DNA from: Defluviicoccus sp.
GTDB lineage: Bacteria > Pseudomonadota > Alphaproteobacteria > MPNO01
NCBI GenBank assembly: GCA_028820505.1
Contig: JAPPIT010000117.1
Coordinates: 6,777-70,776, forward strand
Length of the DNA stretch: 64,000 bases
Direction of reading: 5' to 3'
Shown here piece by piece: positions 50,313 through 59,284 of this stretch. How positions within the stretch are numbered: the first letter of the stretch is position 1; each line of letters starts with the position of its first letter. The position numbers and the translations under genes are program-made. The notes under the pieces are model-generated. The model made no database searches, was not told the DNA's origin, and was given only the letters and a program-made list of their open reading frames with translations.

Positions 50313-50714
50313 ATGGGCAGGCTTCGCCACATCGCGATGCAGGTGCCCGATCTGGAGAAGGCCGCTTCGTTCTACGAGGCGGTGTTCGGGTTCGACCGGG
50401 TGTCGGAGGCGGAAAGCCCGATCGGCAACGCGATCATGCTGTCCGACGGCGTGATGAACCTCACGCTGCTCAACTTCCCGGAGGGGACGATCGGCGGCAA
50501 GAACGGGCCGGACTGGGCCGGGCTGCACCATTTCGGCATGGTGGTGGACGACAAGGAAGCGACCGCGGAACGGATCGAGGCCGGCGGCGGCCGCTTCTTC
50601 ATGGAGCTCCCGGGCGACTATCCCGGCGTCGAGGCCGAGACCAAGTTCAAGGACCCGAATGGGATCGTCTTCGACGTCTCGGAGCACGACTGGACGCTCA
50701 AACGCAAGGGCTGA
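50313..50714 (+). CDS. VOC/glyoxalase family protein
   Basis: LRHIAM..DLEKAASFYEAVFG, LSDG, GLHHFG, KFKDPNG. Confidence 0.88.
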   Translation: MGRLRHIAMQVPDLEKAASFYEAVFGFDRVSEAESPIGNAIMLSDGVMNLTLLNFPEGTIGGKNGPDWAGLHHFGMVVDDKEATAERIEAGGGRFFMELPGDYPGVEAETKFKDPNGIVFDVSEHDWTLKRKG

Positions 50715-50719
50715 GCGCC

Positions 50720-51340
50720 ATGGAGATCGTCAGGGAATTCACCATCCCGGCCCGCGAGGGCCGGGCTCTCGTCGTCGAGAAGGGGCAGGTGCTCCGGATC
50801 CACCAGATCGTCGGCGGCCAGGTCGGCGACTGCGTCTTCTACAACGCCGACGACCATCGCGAGTGGTTCCATGTCGGCCAGAGCTGGGCGACCAACGTCA
50901 TCCTCGGCACCGGCACGTCCAAGTCGTTCAAGCACTTCTACTCCAAGCCGCCGCGCGAGAACGCGATGCTGACGACGGTCGCGGACACCTACGCCAATCA
51001 CTGGGGCAACATGGGCGGGCGCTGCTCGACGAAGCTCTACGAGCGCCGCGACAATCTCGGCGAACACCGCTCCTGCCAGGAGAACCTGACCGAGGCGCTC
51101 GCGCCTTGGGGGCTGACCGGCGACGAGGTGATGGACGTGTTCAACGTCTTCATGAACGTCGCGCTCGACGCCGAGGGCGGGTTCACGATCCTGCCGACGA
51201 CGGTGGGCGCGGACGATTACATCGACCTGCGCGCGGAGATGAACGTGCTCGCCGCCGTCTCTGCCTGCCCGGCCGACACCTCCCCCACCAACGCCGGCAG
51301 GTCCGCGCCGCTCGGGATCAAGGTGTTCGCGCCCGGCTAA
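50720..51340 (+). CDS. DUF1989 / urea-carboxylase-associated family protein
   Basis: GQVLRI..GGQVGD, H..C, SCQENL, FNVFMNV, DYIDLRAEMNVL.AVSACP. Confidence 0.85.
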   Translation: MEIVREFTIPAREGRALVVEKGQVLRIHQIVGGQVGDCVFYNADDHREWFHVGQSWATNVILGTGTSKSFKHFYSKPPRENAMLTTVADTYANHWGNMGGRCSTKLYERRDNLGEHRSCQENLTEALAPWGLTGDEVMDVFNVFMNVALDAEGGFTILPTTVGADDYIDLRAEMNVLAAVSACPADTSPTNAGRSAPLGIKVFAPG

Positions 51341-51350
51341 TCCTCAACCG

Positions 51351-52604
51351 TCACCCCGGCCCCTCCCCTTCCAGCGCGCGCGTCATGGCCTCCCTTCGGG
51401 AGCGGGTCCAGAGCCAGACGCCGAGGCAGATCGCGGCACCGCCGATGACCGGCCATTGCAGGCCGATCCAGCCCGACAGGGTTCCCATGATCAGCGCGCC
51501 GAGCGCCGGGGCGCCGCGGTTGATCATGCCGTAGAGGCTCATCACCCGGCCGCGCAGCCCGGGATCGACGGCGTTCTGCAGCAGCGTCTGCTCGCCGACG
51601 CCGACGACGATCAGGGCGAATCCGGCGGCCGCCGCGCAAGGCAGGGCGAGCCAGAAAATGTCGGTCGCGGCGAAGCCGATCAGCATCGCCCCGAGGAGCG
51701 CGATGGCGGAGACGGTGGTCGCGGTCAGCCCGGCGACGGCGCCCCGCTGGGCGAGCCAGAGCCCACCCAGCATGGCGCCCACCCCGGCGGCGGAGGTGAG
51801 CCAGGCGAGCCCGTCGGCGCCGCGCCCGAACACCGCGTCGGCGAAGCCGGGCAGCAGCTCCAGGAACGGGCGTCCGCAGATCGCGATCAGGGTGAGGATC
51901 GCGAGCATCGGGCCGATCCCCGGGTGGCGCGCGGCATAGGCGTAGCCTTCGGCGATCTCGCCCGGCATGTTGCGGACGGCGCGCGCCGCCGCACGCCGCT
52001 CCCGGTGTTCGAGGCGGATGCGGGACAGGACGGCGAGAAATGCGACGAAGCTTGCCGCGTTGAAGACGAACGACCAGCCGACGCCGAAGCGGAGGATCAG
52101 CAGCGCCGCGATCATCGGCCCGACGACGCGCGCGCCGTTGAAGATCAGCGCGTTGATCCCGATCGCGGCCGACAGGTCGCGGCGCGCCACCAGGCTGGGC
52201 ACGATGGCGAGCCTGAGCGGCTGGCCGAAGGCGAGGACCGCCCCGCCGACCGCCGTCAGCACCAGCAGGATCTCGATGGTGATCGCGCCGGTCAGGGTGA
52301 ACCACGCGAGCGCCGCGGCCTGCACCAGGTTCAGGGCCTGGACCGCCCGCAGGGCCCGCAGCCGGTCCACCCGGTCGGCCACCGCGCCGGTGATCGGCGC
52401 GAGCAGCACGGTCGGAAACATGTCGGCGAAGGCGATGATGCCGAGCCAGGTGCCCGAATGGGTGAGCTCCCAGGCGAGCCAGCCGACCGACATCCGCTGC
52501 ACCCAGGTACCGATGTTGGAAACCGCGGTGCCGCTGGTGAACAGCCGGAAGTCGCGATGCGCGAACGCGCTTCGAAGCGGATCGAGGCGGGCGGAAAACG
52601 TCAT
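51351..52604 (-). CDS. MFS transporter (DHA3/EntS-like)
   Basis: HRDFRLF, SNIGTWVQ, GAVADRVDR, NGARVVGP, RGRVMS. Confidence 0.88.
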   Translation of the reverse strand: MTFSARLDPLRSAFAHRDFRLFTSGTAVSNIGTWVQRMSVGWLAWELTHSGTWLGIIAFADMFPTVLLAPITGAVADRVDRLRALRAVQALNLVQAAALAWFTLTGAITIEILLVLTAVGGAVLAFGQPLRLAIVPSLVARRDLSAAIGINALIFNGARVVGPMIAALLILRFGVGWSFVFNAASFVAFLAVLSRIRLEHRERRAAARAVRNMPGEIAEGYAYAARHPGIGPMLAILTLIAICGRPFLELLPGFADAVFGRGADGLAWLTSAAGVGAMLGGLWLAQRGAVAGLTATTVSAIALLGAMLIGFAATDIFWLALPCAAAAGFALIVVGVGEQTLLQNAVDPGLRGRVMSLYGMINRGAPALGALIMGTLSGWIGLQWPVIGGAAICLGVWLWTRSRREAMTRALEGEGPG

Positions 52605-52734
52605 GAGCGGGTCTTCGCGAGGGAGCGCCGACGATAGCAGAGCGGCGGGGGCCATGCACCGCCGTCGCGCCTTGCCGGTCTCCGGGCCGCTTGTTAGCTT
52701 GGCGCTCATCCGCCACGCCGCACGGGAGGTTGCC

Positions 52735-54060
52735 ATGCCGGACGAGGGCCGCGCCACGGTCAACACGCTCGAACCCTATTTCATGCCGTTCACGGCGAAC
52801 CGGCAGTTCAAGTCGGCGCCCAGGATCGTGGTGGCGGCGGAGGGCATGCACTACACCACCGACGACGGTCGCAGGGTGCTCGACGGCTCGGCCGGGATGT
52901 GGTGCGTCAACGCGGGCCACGGCCGCGAGAAGATCGTCCGCGCGATCCAGAAGCAGGCGGCCTCGATGGACTACGCGCCCGCCTTCCAGTGCGGCCACCC
53001 GGGCGCGTTCGACCTGGCGGCGAGGCTGGCGACGCTGATGCCGGGCGACCTCGACCACGCGTTCTTCTGCAACTCGGGCTCGGAGGCGGTCGATACCGCG
53101 CTCAAGATCGCGCTCGCCTATCACCGCCAGAACGGCGAGGCGGCGCGGACCCGGCTGATCGGGCGCGAGCGCGGCTATCACGGGGTCGGCTTCGGCGGCA
53201 CCGCGGTGGGCGGCATCTCCAACAACCGCAAGCAGTTCGGCAACCTCGTCTCCGGCGTCGACCACCTGCCGCATACCCACGATCTGGAGAAGATGGCGTT
53301 CTCGCGCGGCCAGCCCGAATGGGGCGCGCATCTGGCGGACGCGCTGGAGAGCGTCTGCGCGCTGCACGACCCGTCGACGATCGCCGCCGTGATCGTCGAG
53401 CCGGTGGCGGGCTCGACCGGCGTGCTGGTGCCGCCGAAGGGCTATCTCGCGCGTATCCGGGAGATCTGCGACCGGCACGGCATCCTGCTGATCCTGGACG
53501 AGGTGATCACCGGGTTCGGGCGCGTGGGCGAGGCGTTCGCCGCCGAGCGGTTCGGCATCGAGCCCGACATGATCACCATGGCCAAGGGGCTGACCAACGC
53601 GACGGTGCCGATGTCGGCGGTTGGGGTGAGCAAGAGGATCCACGACACGCTGATGGCGGGCCCGGCGGGGGTGGAGCTGTTCCACGGCTACACCTATTCG
53701 GGGCACCCGCTGGCCTGCGCGGCGGGTCTGGCGACGCTGGAGGTCTATGCCGAGGAGGGTCTGTTCGAGCGCGCCCGGACGCTCGAACCGGTGTGGGAGG
53801 ACGCGCTGCATTCCCTCCGCGACCGGCGCAACGTGATCGACATCCGCAATATCGGCCTGATGGGCGCGGTCGAGCTCGCGCCCAGGCCGGGGGCGCCGGG
53901 CGCGCGCGCCTTCGACGTCTATCTCGGGTGCTTCCAGGGCGGGCTGATGACGCGCCAGACCGGCGACACCATCGCCCTCTCGCCGCCGCTGATCATCACG
54001 GAAGCGCAGATCGGGGAGCTCGCCGACATCCTCGGTGCCGCCATCGACGCGGCGGATTGA
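52735..54060 (+). CDS. Class III aminotransferase (omega-amino acid--pyruvate aminotransferase-like)
   Basis: MPFTANRQF, NSGSEA, RGYHG, IVEPVAGSTG, DEVITGFGR, MAKG (PLP Lys), HGYTYSGHP; GGGAGG RBS. Confidence 0.93.
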   Translation: MPDEGRATVNTLEPYFMPFTANRQFKSAPRIVVAAEGMHYTTDDGRRVLDGSAGMWCVNAGHGREKIVRAIQKQAASMDYAPAFQCGHPGAFDLAARLATLMPGDLDHAFFCNSGSEAVDTALKIALAYHRQNGEAARTRLIGRERGYHGVGFGGTAVGGISNNRKQFGNLVSGVDHLPHTHDLEKMAFSRGQPEWGAHLADALESVCALHDPSTIAAVIVEPVAGSTGVLVPPKGYLARIREICDRHGILLILDEVITGFGRVGEAFAAERFGIEPDMITMAKGLTNATVPMSAVGVSKRIHDTLMAGPAGVELFHGYTYSGHPLACAAGLATLEVYAEEGLFERARTLEPVWEDALHSLRDRRNVIDIRNIGLMGAVELAPRPGAPGARAFDVYLGCFQGGLMTRQTGDTIALSPPLIITEAQIGELADILGAAIDAAD

Positions 54061-54087
54061 GGGCAGGCCGACAGGCGCCCAACATTT

Positions 54088-54132
54088 CCCAACGCGTCAT
54101 GCCCGGACTTGTTCCGGGCATGACGCGTTGGG
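54088..54132. repeat. Single collapsed CGTC-REP hairpin
   Basis: CCCAACGCGTCATGCCCGGA-CTTGT-TCCGGGCATGACGCGTTGGG perfect stem just after the aminotransferase stop. Confidence 0.88.
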
Positions 54133-54171
54133 GGCGCTGTGCGACAGCACACGGACTTCGGCGACGGAGCG

Positions 54172-54360
54172 ATGCGGACTCTGCGAAACGCCAGGAACAG
54201 GCTCGGTGCCGTCGTGCGCGCGGCCCTGAACCGCCGCCGTCGGCCCGCTGAAGCGGCGCGCGGCTCCTTTGTCGACCATCTTCTCGCTTTCCCCGGCGCG
54301 ATCGAACGTGCCGGAGGGCGCCGGCGGAAGCCCCTCGATCTCCGGAAGGTTCCGCGCTGA
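54172..54360 (+). pseudogene. Internally deleted Phd/YefM-type antitoxin remnant
   Basis: MRTLRNARNRLGAVVRAAL matches the Phd N-terminal (L.DAKN.FS.VV.AA) pattern and SFVDHLLAFP matches the C-terminal half. The central 'PQ.VTRRG.P.VV' strands are absent. GGAG RBS present; no toxin follows. Confidence 0.55.
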
Positions 54361-54439
54361 CCCGCAAGCGCGTTTCCCACCCTTGGCCGCCCCGCCCCGA
54401 ACGGGCATGCTTGAACCTCGATCGAGGGGGAGCTTGACC

Positions 54440-55072
54440 ATGGATAGCGGCACCGCGGGCGCGTCCGATTCCGCCAACGGCACCGACAGCCGGCTGCTGC
54501 GCGACGACTGGGATTATGTCGGGGCGATCCCGCTCGACGATTTCGAGGCGAGCGACTTCGCCCTTCTCGACGCCCAGCGCCCGACCTTCACCGCCGAGCG
54601 CCAGGCCGGGCAGATCCTCCGCATCATGCGCGGCATGGCGGACGACCCGTCCTTCGGCTACCGGATCAACACCTACCGGCACTGCCTCCAGTCGGCGACG
54701 ATGGCGCACCGCGCGGGCAAGGACGAGGACTATGTCGCGATGGCGTTCCTGCACGATATCGGCTTCGACATCGCGCCGGCGACGCACGGTTCCTTCGTCG
54801 CCGCGCTGGTCGGCCCCTATGTCTCGCCCGAGATGGAATGGCTGCTCGCCAACCACGCCGAGTTCCAGAACCTCCACTGCCGCAACCACCCGACGATCGA
54901 CCGCTTCGCGCGGGAGAAGTGGCGCGGCCACCCCGCGTTCGCGATGACGGCGGAGTTCTGCGCCAGGTTCGACCAGAACGCGATGGACCCGGACTACGAC
55001 AACATGCCGATGGAGGCGTTCGAGCCGATGGTCCGCCGCCTTTTCGCCAGGACGCCGCGCGAGGCCGCCTGA
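54440..55072 (+). CDS. HD-domain metalloprotein (PhnZ/TmpB-related predicted phosphohydrolase or oxygenase)
   Basis: HCLQSAT, LHDIG, THG, NHAEFQ, FDQ: the H/HD/H/H/D ligand pattern. Confidence 0.8.
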   Translation: MDSGTAGASDSANGTDSRLLRDDWDYVGAIPLDDFEASDFALLDAQRPTFTAERQAGQILRIMRGMADDPSFGYRINTYRHCLQSATMAHRAGKDEDYVAMAFLHDIGFDIAPATHGSFVAALVGPYVSPEMEWLLANHAEFQNLHCRNHPTIDRFAREKWRGHPAFAMTAEFCARFDQNAMDPDYDNMPMEAFEPMVRRLFARTPREAA

Positions 55073-55079
55073 TCCCGCG

Positions 55080-55685
55080 ATGAGCTGGATCCGCCGCATC
55101 GAGTACGAGGAGTCCGCGGGCGCGCTCCGGGCGCTCTACGACCGGGTCAAGGGGCCGGCCGGCAATATCGACAACGTGATGAAGGCGCACAGCCTGCGCC
55201 CGCACACGATGGAGGGGCACAGCGCCCTCTACAAGGCGGTGCTGCACCACACCGGCAACGCCTTGCCCGGATGGTTTCTGGAGACGGTCGGCATCCATAC
55301 CAGCCTGATCAATCGCTGCGCCTACTCGGTCGCGCATCATTTCGCGGGGCTCGCGCGGCTGCTCGACGACCGGGGGCGCGCGGAGGAGATATTGGCCGCG
55401 CTGGAGGCCGGCGCGCCGGAACGCGTCTTCGGGGCCAAGGAGAGCGCGCTGCTCGCCTACGCCGCCAAGCTCACCCGCGCGCCGGGCGAGATGGTGGAGG
55501 CGGACATCGAAACCGCGCGCGAAGCCGGCGCGTCGGACGGGGAGATCTTCGAGGTCAACCAGGTCGCGGCCTATTTCGCCTATTCCAACCGGCTCCTCAA
55601 CGGGCTCGGCATCACGACCGACGGCGACGTGCTGGGCGAATCCCCGCCGACCAGCGCCGACCTCGACGACTGGCGGCACCGGTGA
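55080..55685 (+). CDS. AhpD/CMD-family peroxidase-related protein
   Basis: MSWI, DNVMKAHSLRP, NRCAYSVAHH, YAAKLT..P, AYFAYSNR..GLG. Confidence 0.85.
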   Translation: MSWIRRIEYEESAGALRALYDRVKGPAGNIDNVMKAHSLRPHTMEGHSALYKAVLHHTGNALPGWFLETVGIHTSLINRCAYSVAHHFAGLARLLDDRGRAEEILAALEAGAPERVFGAKESALLAYAAKLTRAPGEMVEADIETAREAGASDGEIFEVNQVAAYFAYSNRLLNGLGITTDGDVLGESPPTSADLDDWRHR

Positions 55686-56656
55686 CCGGGCGCCGGGGCT
55701 TCGACCGGATCCCGGTGATCGACGCCGGGCCGCTCGCGGGCGATGACGGGGCGGCGATCCGCGAGACGGCATCCGCCATGCGCGCGGCGTCGGAGACCGC
55801 GGGGTTCTTCTGCATCGCCAACCACGGCGTCGCGGAGAACATCCAGCAGGCCGCGCTCCGCGCCTCGCGGGAATTCTTCGCCCGGCCGCTCGCGGAGAAG
55901 CGCCGCGTGGCCGTGAACGCGCTGCACCGCGGCTATATCGAGATGGGCGAGGCGACGCTCCGGGGCGGGGTCGAGAGCGACCGCAAGGAGAGCTTCGTCT
56001 GGGGGCTGGAGCTCGGCCCCGACGACCCGGACGTGGCGGCGGGGAAGCCGCTGATGGGGCCCAACCGGTGGCCCGGCGACATGCCGGAGATGCGCACCGC
56101 GCTCTACGGCTGGTACGAGGCGGTAGGGACCTGCGCGCGCAACGTGCTCAAGGGCCTCGCCGTCGGGCTCGGCCTCCCGGCGGACTATTTCGCGCCCCGC
56201 TTCGCCAAGCCGCTCGCGCGCGGATCGCTGGTCCGCTACCCGCCGCACCCGGCCGACGCCGGACCGCGCACCTTCGGCACCGCCGCCCATACCGATTACG
56301 GCGGCATCACGCTCGTCTGGCAGGACGATTCGGGCGGGCTCGAGGTCGAGAACCGCGCCGGCGACTGGGTGCCCGTCCACCCGGTCCCGGACACGCTGGT
56401 AGTCAATATCGGCGACCTGATGGCGCGCTGGACCAACGACGTCTTCGCGTCCAACCCGCACCGGGTGATCAACCGCTCGGGCGGCGAGCGCTACTCGATG
56501 GCGGTGTTCTTCGACCCCGACTACGACACGCGCATCGAGACCCTGCCGACCTGCCTCGCCCCCGGCGAAGCGCCACGCCACGCGCCGACCGCCTGCGGCG
56601 ACTATATCCGCGAGCGCTTCGACGCGGTGTTCCGCTACCGCGGCGGGACGGGTTGA
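55682..56656 (+). CDS. Isopenicillin N synthase family 2OG-Fe(II) oxygenase
   Basis: IPVID, GFF.IANHGV, RGY, GPNRWP, HTD..H..RYS facial triad and RxS motif; GTGA overlap. Confidence 0.92.
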   Translation: MTGRRGFDRIPVIDAGPLAGDDGAAIRETASAMRAASETAGFFCIANHGVAENIQQAALRASREFFARPLAEKRRVAVNALHRGYIEMGEATLRGGVESDRKESFVWGLELGPDDPDVAAGKPLMGPNRWPGDMPEMRTALYGWYEAVGTCARNVLKGLAVGLGLPADYFAPRFAKPLARGSLVRYPPHPADAGPRTFGTAAHTDYGGITLVWQDDSGGLEVENRAGDWVPVHPVPDTLVVNIGDLMARWTNDVFASNPHRVINRSGGERYSMAVFFDPDYDTRIETLPTCLAPGEAPRHAPTACGDYIRERFDAVFRYRGGTG

Positions 56657-56731
56657 GGGGGGCTGGGGCGGTCCGGTGTCCGGTATAGAGTTTCGACACG
56701 GATTTCGTGCCGATAGGCGAGACCGTCTCCG

Positions 56732-56895
56732 CCCCCTGGTGTCACCCCGGACTTGATCCGGGGTCCAGGCTCGCCCCGGACACCGATCCGGGGAAAGCCG
56801 GGCGAGGGCGGTGCCTGTGGCCCTGGACCCCGGATCAAGTCCGGGGTGACACCAGGGGGGACAAAGACAACAGTGGAACGAGTCCCGGCATGACG
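56732..56895. repeat. REP-like cluster D: TGTC doublet (56732-56859) and end module (56875-56895)
   Basis: TGTCACCCCGGACTTGATCCGGGGTCCAG plus its inverted copy; GGAACGAGTCCCGGCATGACG resembles the right end of cluster C. Confidence 0.9.
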
Positions 56896-57232
56896 ACAAA
56901 GGGGATGGTCGTCGGCTTCCCGCTCGGCAACCTGGCTTCATTCGAACGCAGGATATGATTTAATCGTATTATCGGAATATCAATTCGGGTATCATGCCGA
57001 CGAAGGCCCGTCCAAGGCTGGAAATAGACTTCGAAGTGAGCATGAAGGCGTCAAGTGAAGGTTGCCGGTTACTTTCGTATGTAATCCCCGAAAAAAACCG
57101 CCGGACTTCCCCAATGTGGGGGAAGCGCGAAGGCGGCCTGTCCCCATAGGTTCCGCGCCGTTCGTGCTTCCGCCCGGAAGCGCGGCGGGGATTCCGGGGG
57201 AGGGTCGACAGGCGGTGCGGATCGGCTCGTGC

Positions 57233-58708
57233 ATGCGGTTCGGCGGCAAATGCGCGGCGATCGGCGCCGCCGCCCTGCTCGCGCTTGCGCCGCTCCTGTG
57301 GTCCGGCGCCGTCGATGCCCAGACGCTCCGGAGCCTGACGGAGCGGCTGGACAGGCTGGAGCGGGAGAACCGGCAGCTCCGCAAGGAAATCGACGCGCTC
57401 AAGGCCGCGGGCCCCGCGCCGGCGAAGCCGGCGGACGCGCCGCGCGAAAGCGGGGGACCGGGGTATGTCCGCTGGAATCCCGCCTACGGATACGCGGTGC
57501 TCGACCCCACCTCCGACATCGCCCGCAAGCAGCGCCTGATCCTGGACCGCAAGAAACGGGGAACCCTGGCTCCCGACAGCGTGCACGTGCACGGCGCGGT
57601 CACCGCCGTCGCCAACTACCAGGCCAGCAACCGGGCGGACAAGTTCGGCTACCTCATGCGGCACCCGACCGCCAGCAACCAGGTCGGCAAGGAGGTGTCC
57701 GAGGCGGCGATCCATTCGGCGCAGCTCGGATTCACCGCGCTGCTCGGCGACTGGGTCGTCGGCCACGCCGCCATGCTGTTCGACCCGGAGCAGAGCTTCG
57801 GGGCGGGCACCAATACCGATCTGGAGCGCAACCAGGTCCAGGTCCGGCGCGCCTATGTCCTGTTCGGCGACCTGGCCCGCGCGCCGCTGTTCGCGAGCCT
57901 CGGCAAGATGGCAATTCCGTTCGGCCTCACCGACACCGTCAACCCCTTCACCGCCTCGACCGTCTGGCACGCCTTCGGCGGGCTCGCCAACGGCGCCGCC
58001 GCGGGCTACGCGGGCGAGAGCCTCAACCTGACCGCGATGGCCGTCCAGGGCGGCAGCCAGTTCCGCGCCGCGAACGCCCCGGTCAAGGGCACCGACGTGC
58101 CGAGCAGGCTGAACAATTTCGCGCTCGATGCGAACTACACGGTCCGGCTGGGCAAGGGCAGGACGTTCCTCGCCGGCGCGTCCTACCTGCACGGTTCGGC
58201 CTATTGCCAGGACTTCCCCATCGCGCATTTCAGGCCGTGCCGCGACAACAACCCGGCCTACGATTTATACGGAAGGCTCGTCCTCGACGATCTGACCCTC
58301 AAGGGGGAGTTCGCCCGGACGCTCGACGTGTGGCCGGGAACCTTCAATCCGGACATGCCCCGGTTCCGGGCCAGCAGGGTGACGGCCTTCGATATAGGCG
58401 CCAGATACCGGCTGGTTTCCGACCCCGCCCCGTTCGACCTCTCCGCCGAGTTCAGCCGCTTCGTGGCCGGACCCGACGGCGCGCCCTGGGAGAGGCAGGA
58501 CCAGTTCGTCGTCGGCGCCGCCTGGTTCGCCCGGCCCAGCGTGAAGCTCTTCGCCGAATATGTCCGCGTGCACGGCTTCGCGCCGCTGAACTTCATGAGC
58601 GGCGGCAGCGTCAGGGACGCGGAGGGCAACGTTATGATGGACCGCACGATCAGCGACGCCGGCGCACGGTCGAACGTCTTCCTGCTCGGCGTGAACGCGG
58701 CGTTCTGA
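57233..58708 (+). CDS. Outer-membrane porin-like protein with N-terminal coiled coil (LbtU/FupA-like)
   Basis: Signal peptide, coiled coil LTERLDRLERENRQLRKEI, PLFASLGKMAIPFG, amphipathic beta strands, terminal Phe. Confidence 0.6.
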   Translation: MRFGGKCAAIGAAALLALAPLLWSGAVDAQTLRSLTERLDRLERENRQLRKEIDALKAAGPAPAKPADAPRESGGPGYVRWNPAYGYAVLDPTSDIARKQRLILDRKKRGTLAPDSVHVHGAVTAVANYQASNRADKFGYLMRHPTASNQVGKEVSEAAIHSAQLGFTALLGDWVVGHAAMLFDPEQSFGAGTNTDLERNQVQVRRAYVLFGDLARAPLFASLGKMAIPFGLTDTVNPFTASTVWHAFGGLANGAAAGYAGESLNLTAMAVQGGSQFRAANAPVKGTDVPSRLNNFALDANYTVRLGKGRTFLAGASYLHGSAYCQDFPIAHFRPCRDNNPAYDLYGRLVLDDLTLKGEFARTLDVWPGTFNPDMPRFRASRVTAFDIGARYRLVSDPAPFDLSAEFSRFVAGPDGAPWERQDQFVVGAAWFARPSVKLFAEYVRVHGFAPLNFMSGGSVRDAEGNVMMDRTISDAGARSNVFLLGVNAAF

Positions 58709-58953
58709 CGCGGGAGCGTCGAGCGGCTTGCGTTACGCGGGGAGACGGCGCAGGCGGTGTTAACCACAGTTGACAGCCCGGCGACCGGTCCCGCCCCCGG
58801 AGCGCTCGCGCCGGTTTTCCGAACCGGTCCCGCAGCAATCCCCGCCAACGCGTTGACGCGATGGAGAGATCCGCCGGCCTCGCGCTCCCCGGACGGCACG
58901 GACGGGGGAGTCGCCGCGTCCCCGGGGGACGCGAAAAATAGTCCCATATCGGA

Positions 58954-59014
58954 CCAATGTTTCACATGAAACATAGGTCAGCATTGTTGACCTTTGTTTC
59001 ATGTGAAACATTGG
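58954..59014. promoter_or_regulatory. Two parS-like sites (58958-58973, 58995-59010) within one long palindrome
   Basis: TGTTTCACATGAAACA and TGTTTCATGTGAAACA each differ by 1 nt from the parS consensus TGTTTCACGTGAAACA. Confidence 0.8.
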
Positions 59015-59076
59015 AGCGGGTCCGTTTCGGTCGGAACCGCGGCGGTGCGGGCTTTCTCCGGCACCGCCCCCTTTGT

Positions 59077-59188
59077 CGTCATGCCCGGACTTGTTCCGGG
59101 CATCCACGTCTTGCGGCATCGCGCTGTGAGCGGGGACAAGCGAGCCGGCGGACCCACGTGGATGCCCGGTCCAAGTCCGGGCATGACG
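59077..59188. repeat. CGTC-type REP doublet (cluster E)
   Basis: CGTCATGCCCGGACTTGTTCCGGGCATCCACG ... CGTGGATGCCCGGTCCAAGTCCGGGCATGACG; spacer GTCTTGCGGCATCGC is shared (reverse) with clusters B and C. Confidence 0.9.
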
Positions 59189-59284
59189 GCGGGGGGAAAG
59201 CGGGGGAACGACGGGGGGACGGCGGCGGGGGAGACGCGAGCGCGGCGAAATTCGCGTCCCGCGCCGGCCGGGCCGGCGCGCGCC

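Noticed and set aside
58761-58769. DnaA box / oriC (TTAACCACA)
   Set aside because: A single one-mismatch box with no box cluster or AT-rich unwinding element; spacing also does not fit a CtrA TTAA-N7-TTAA site.
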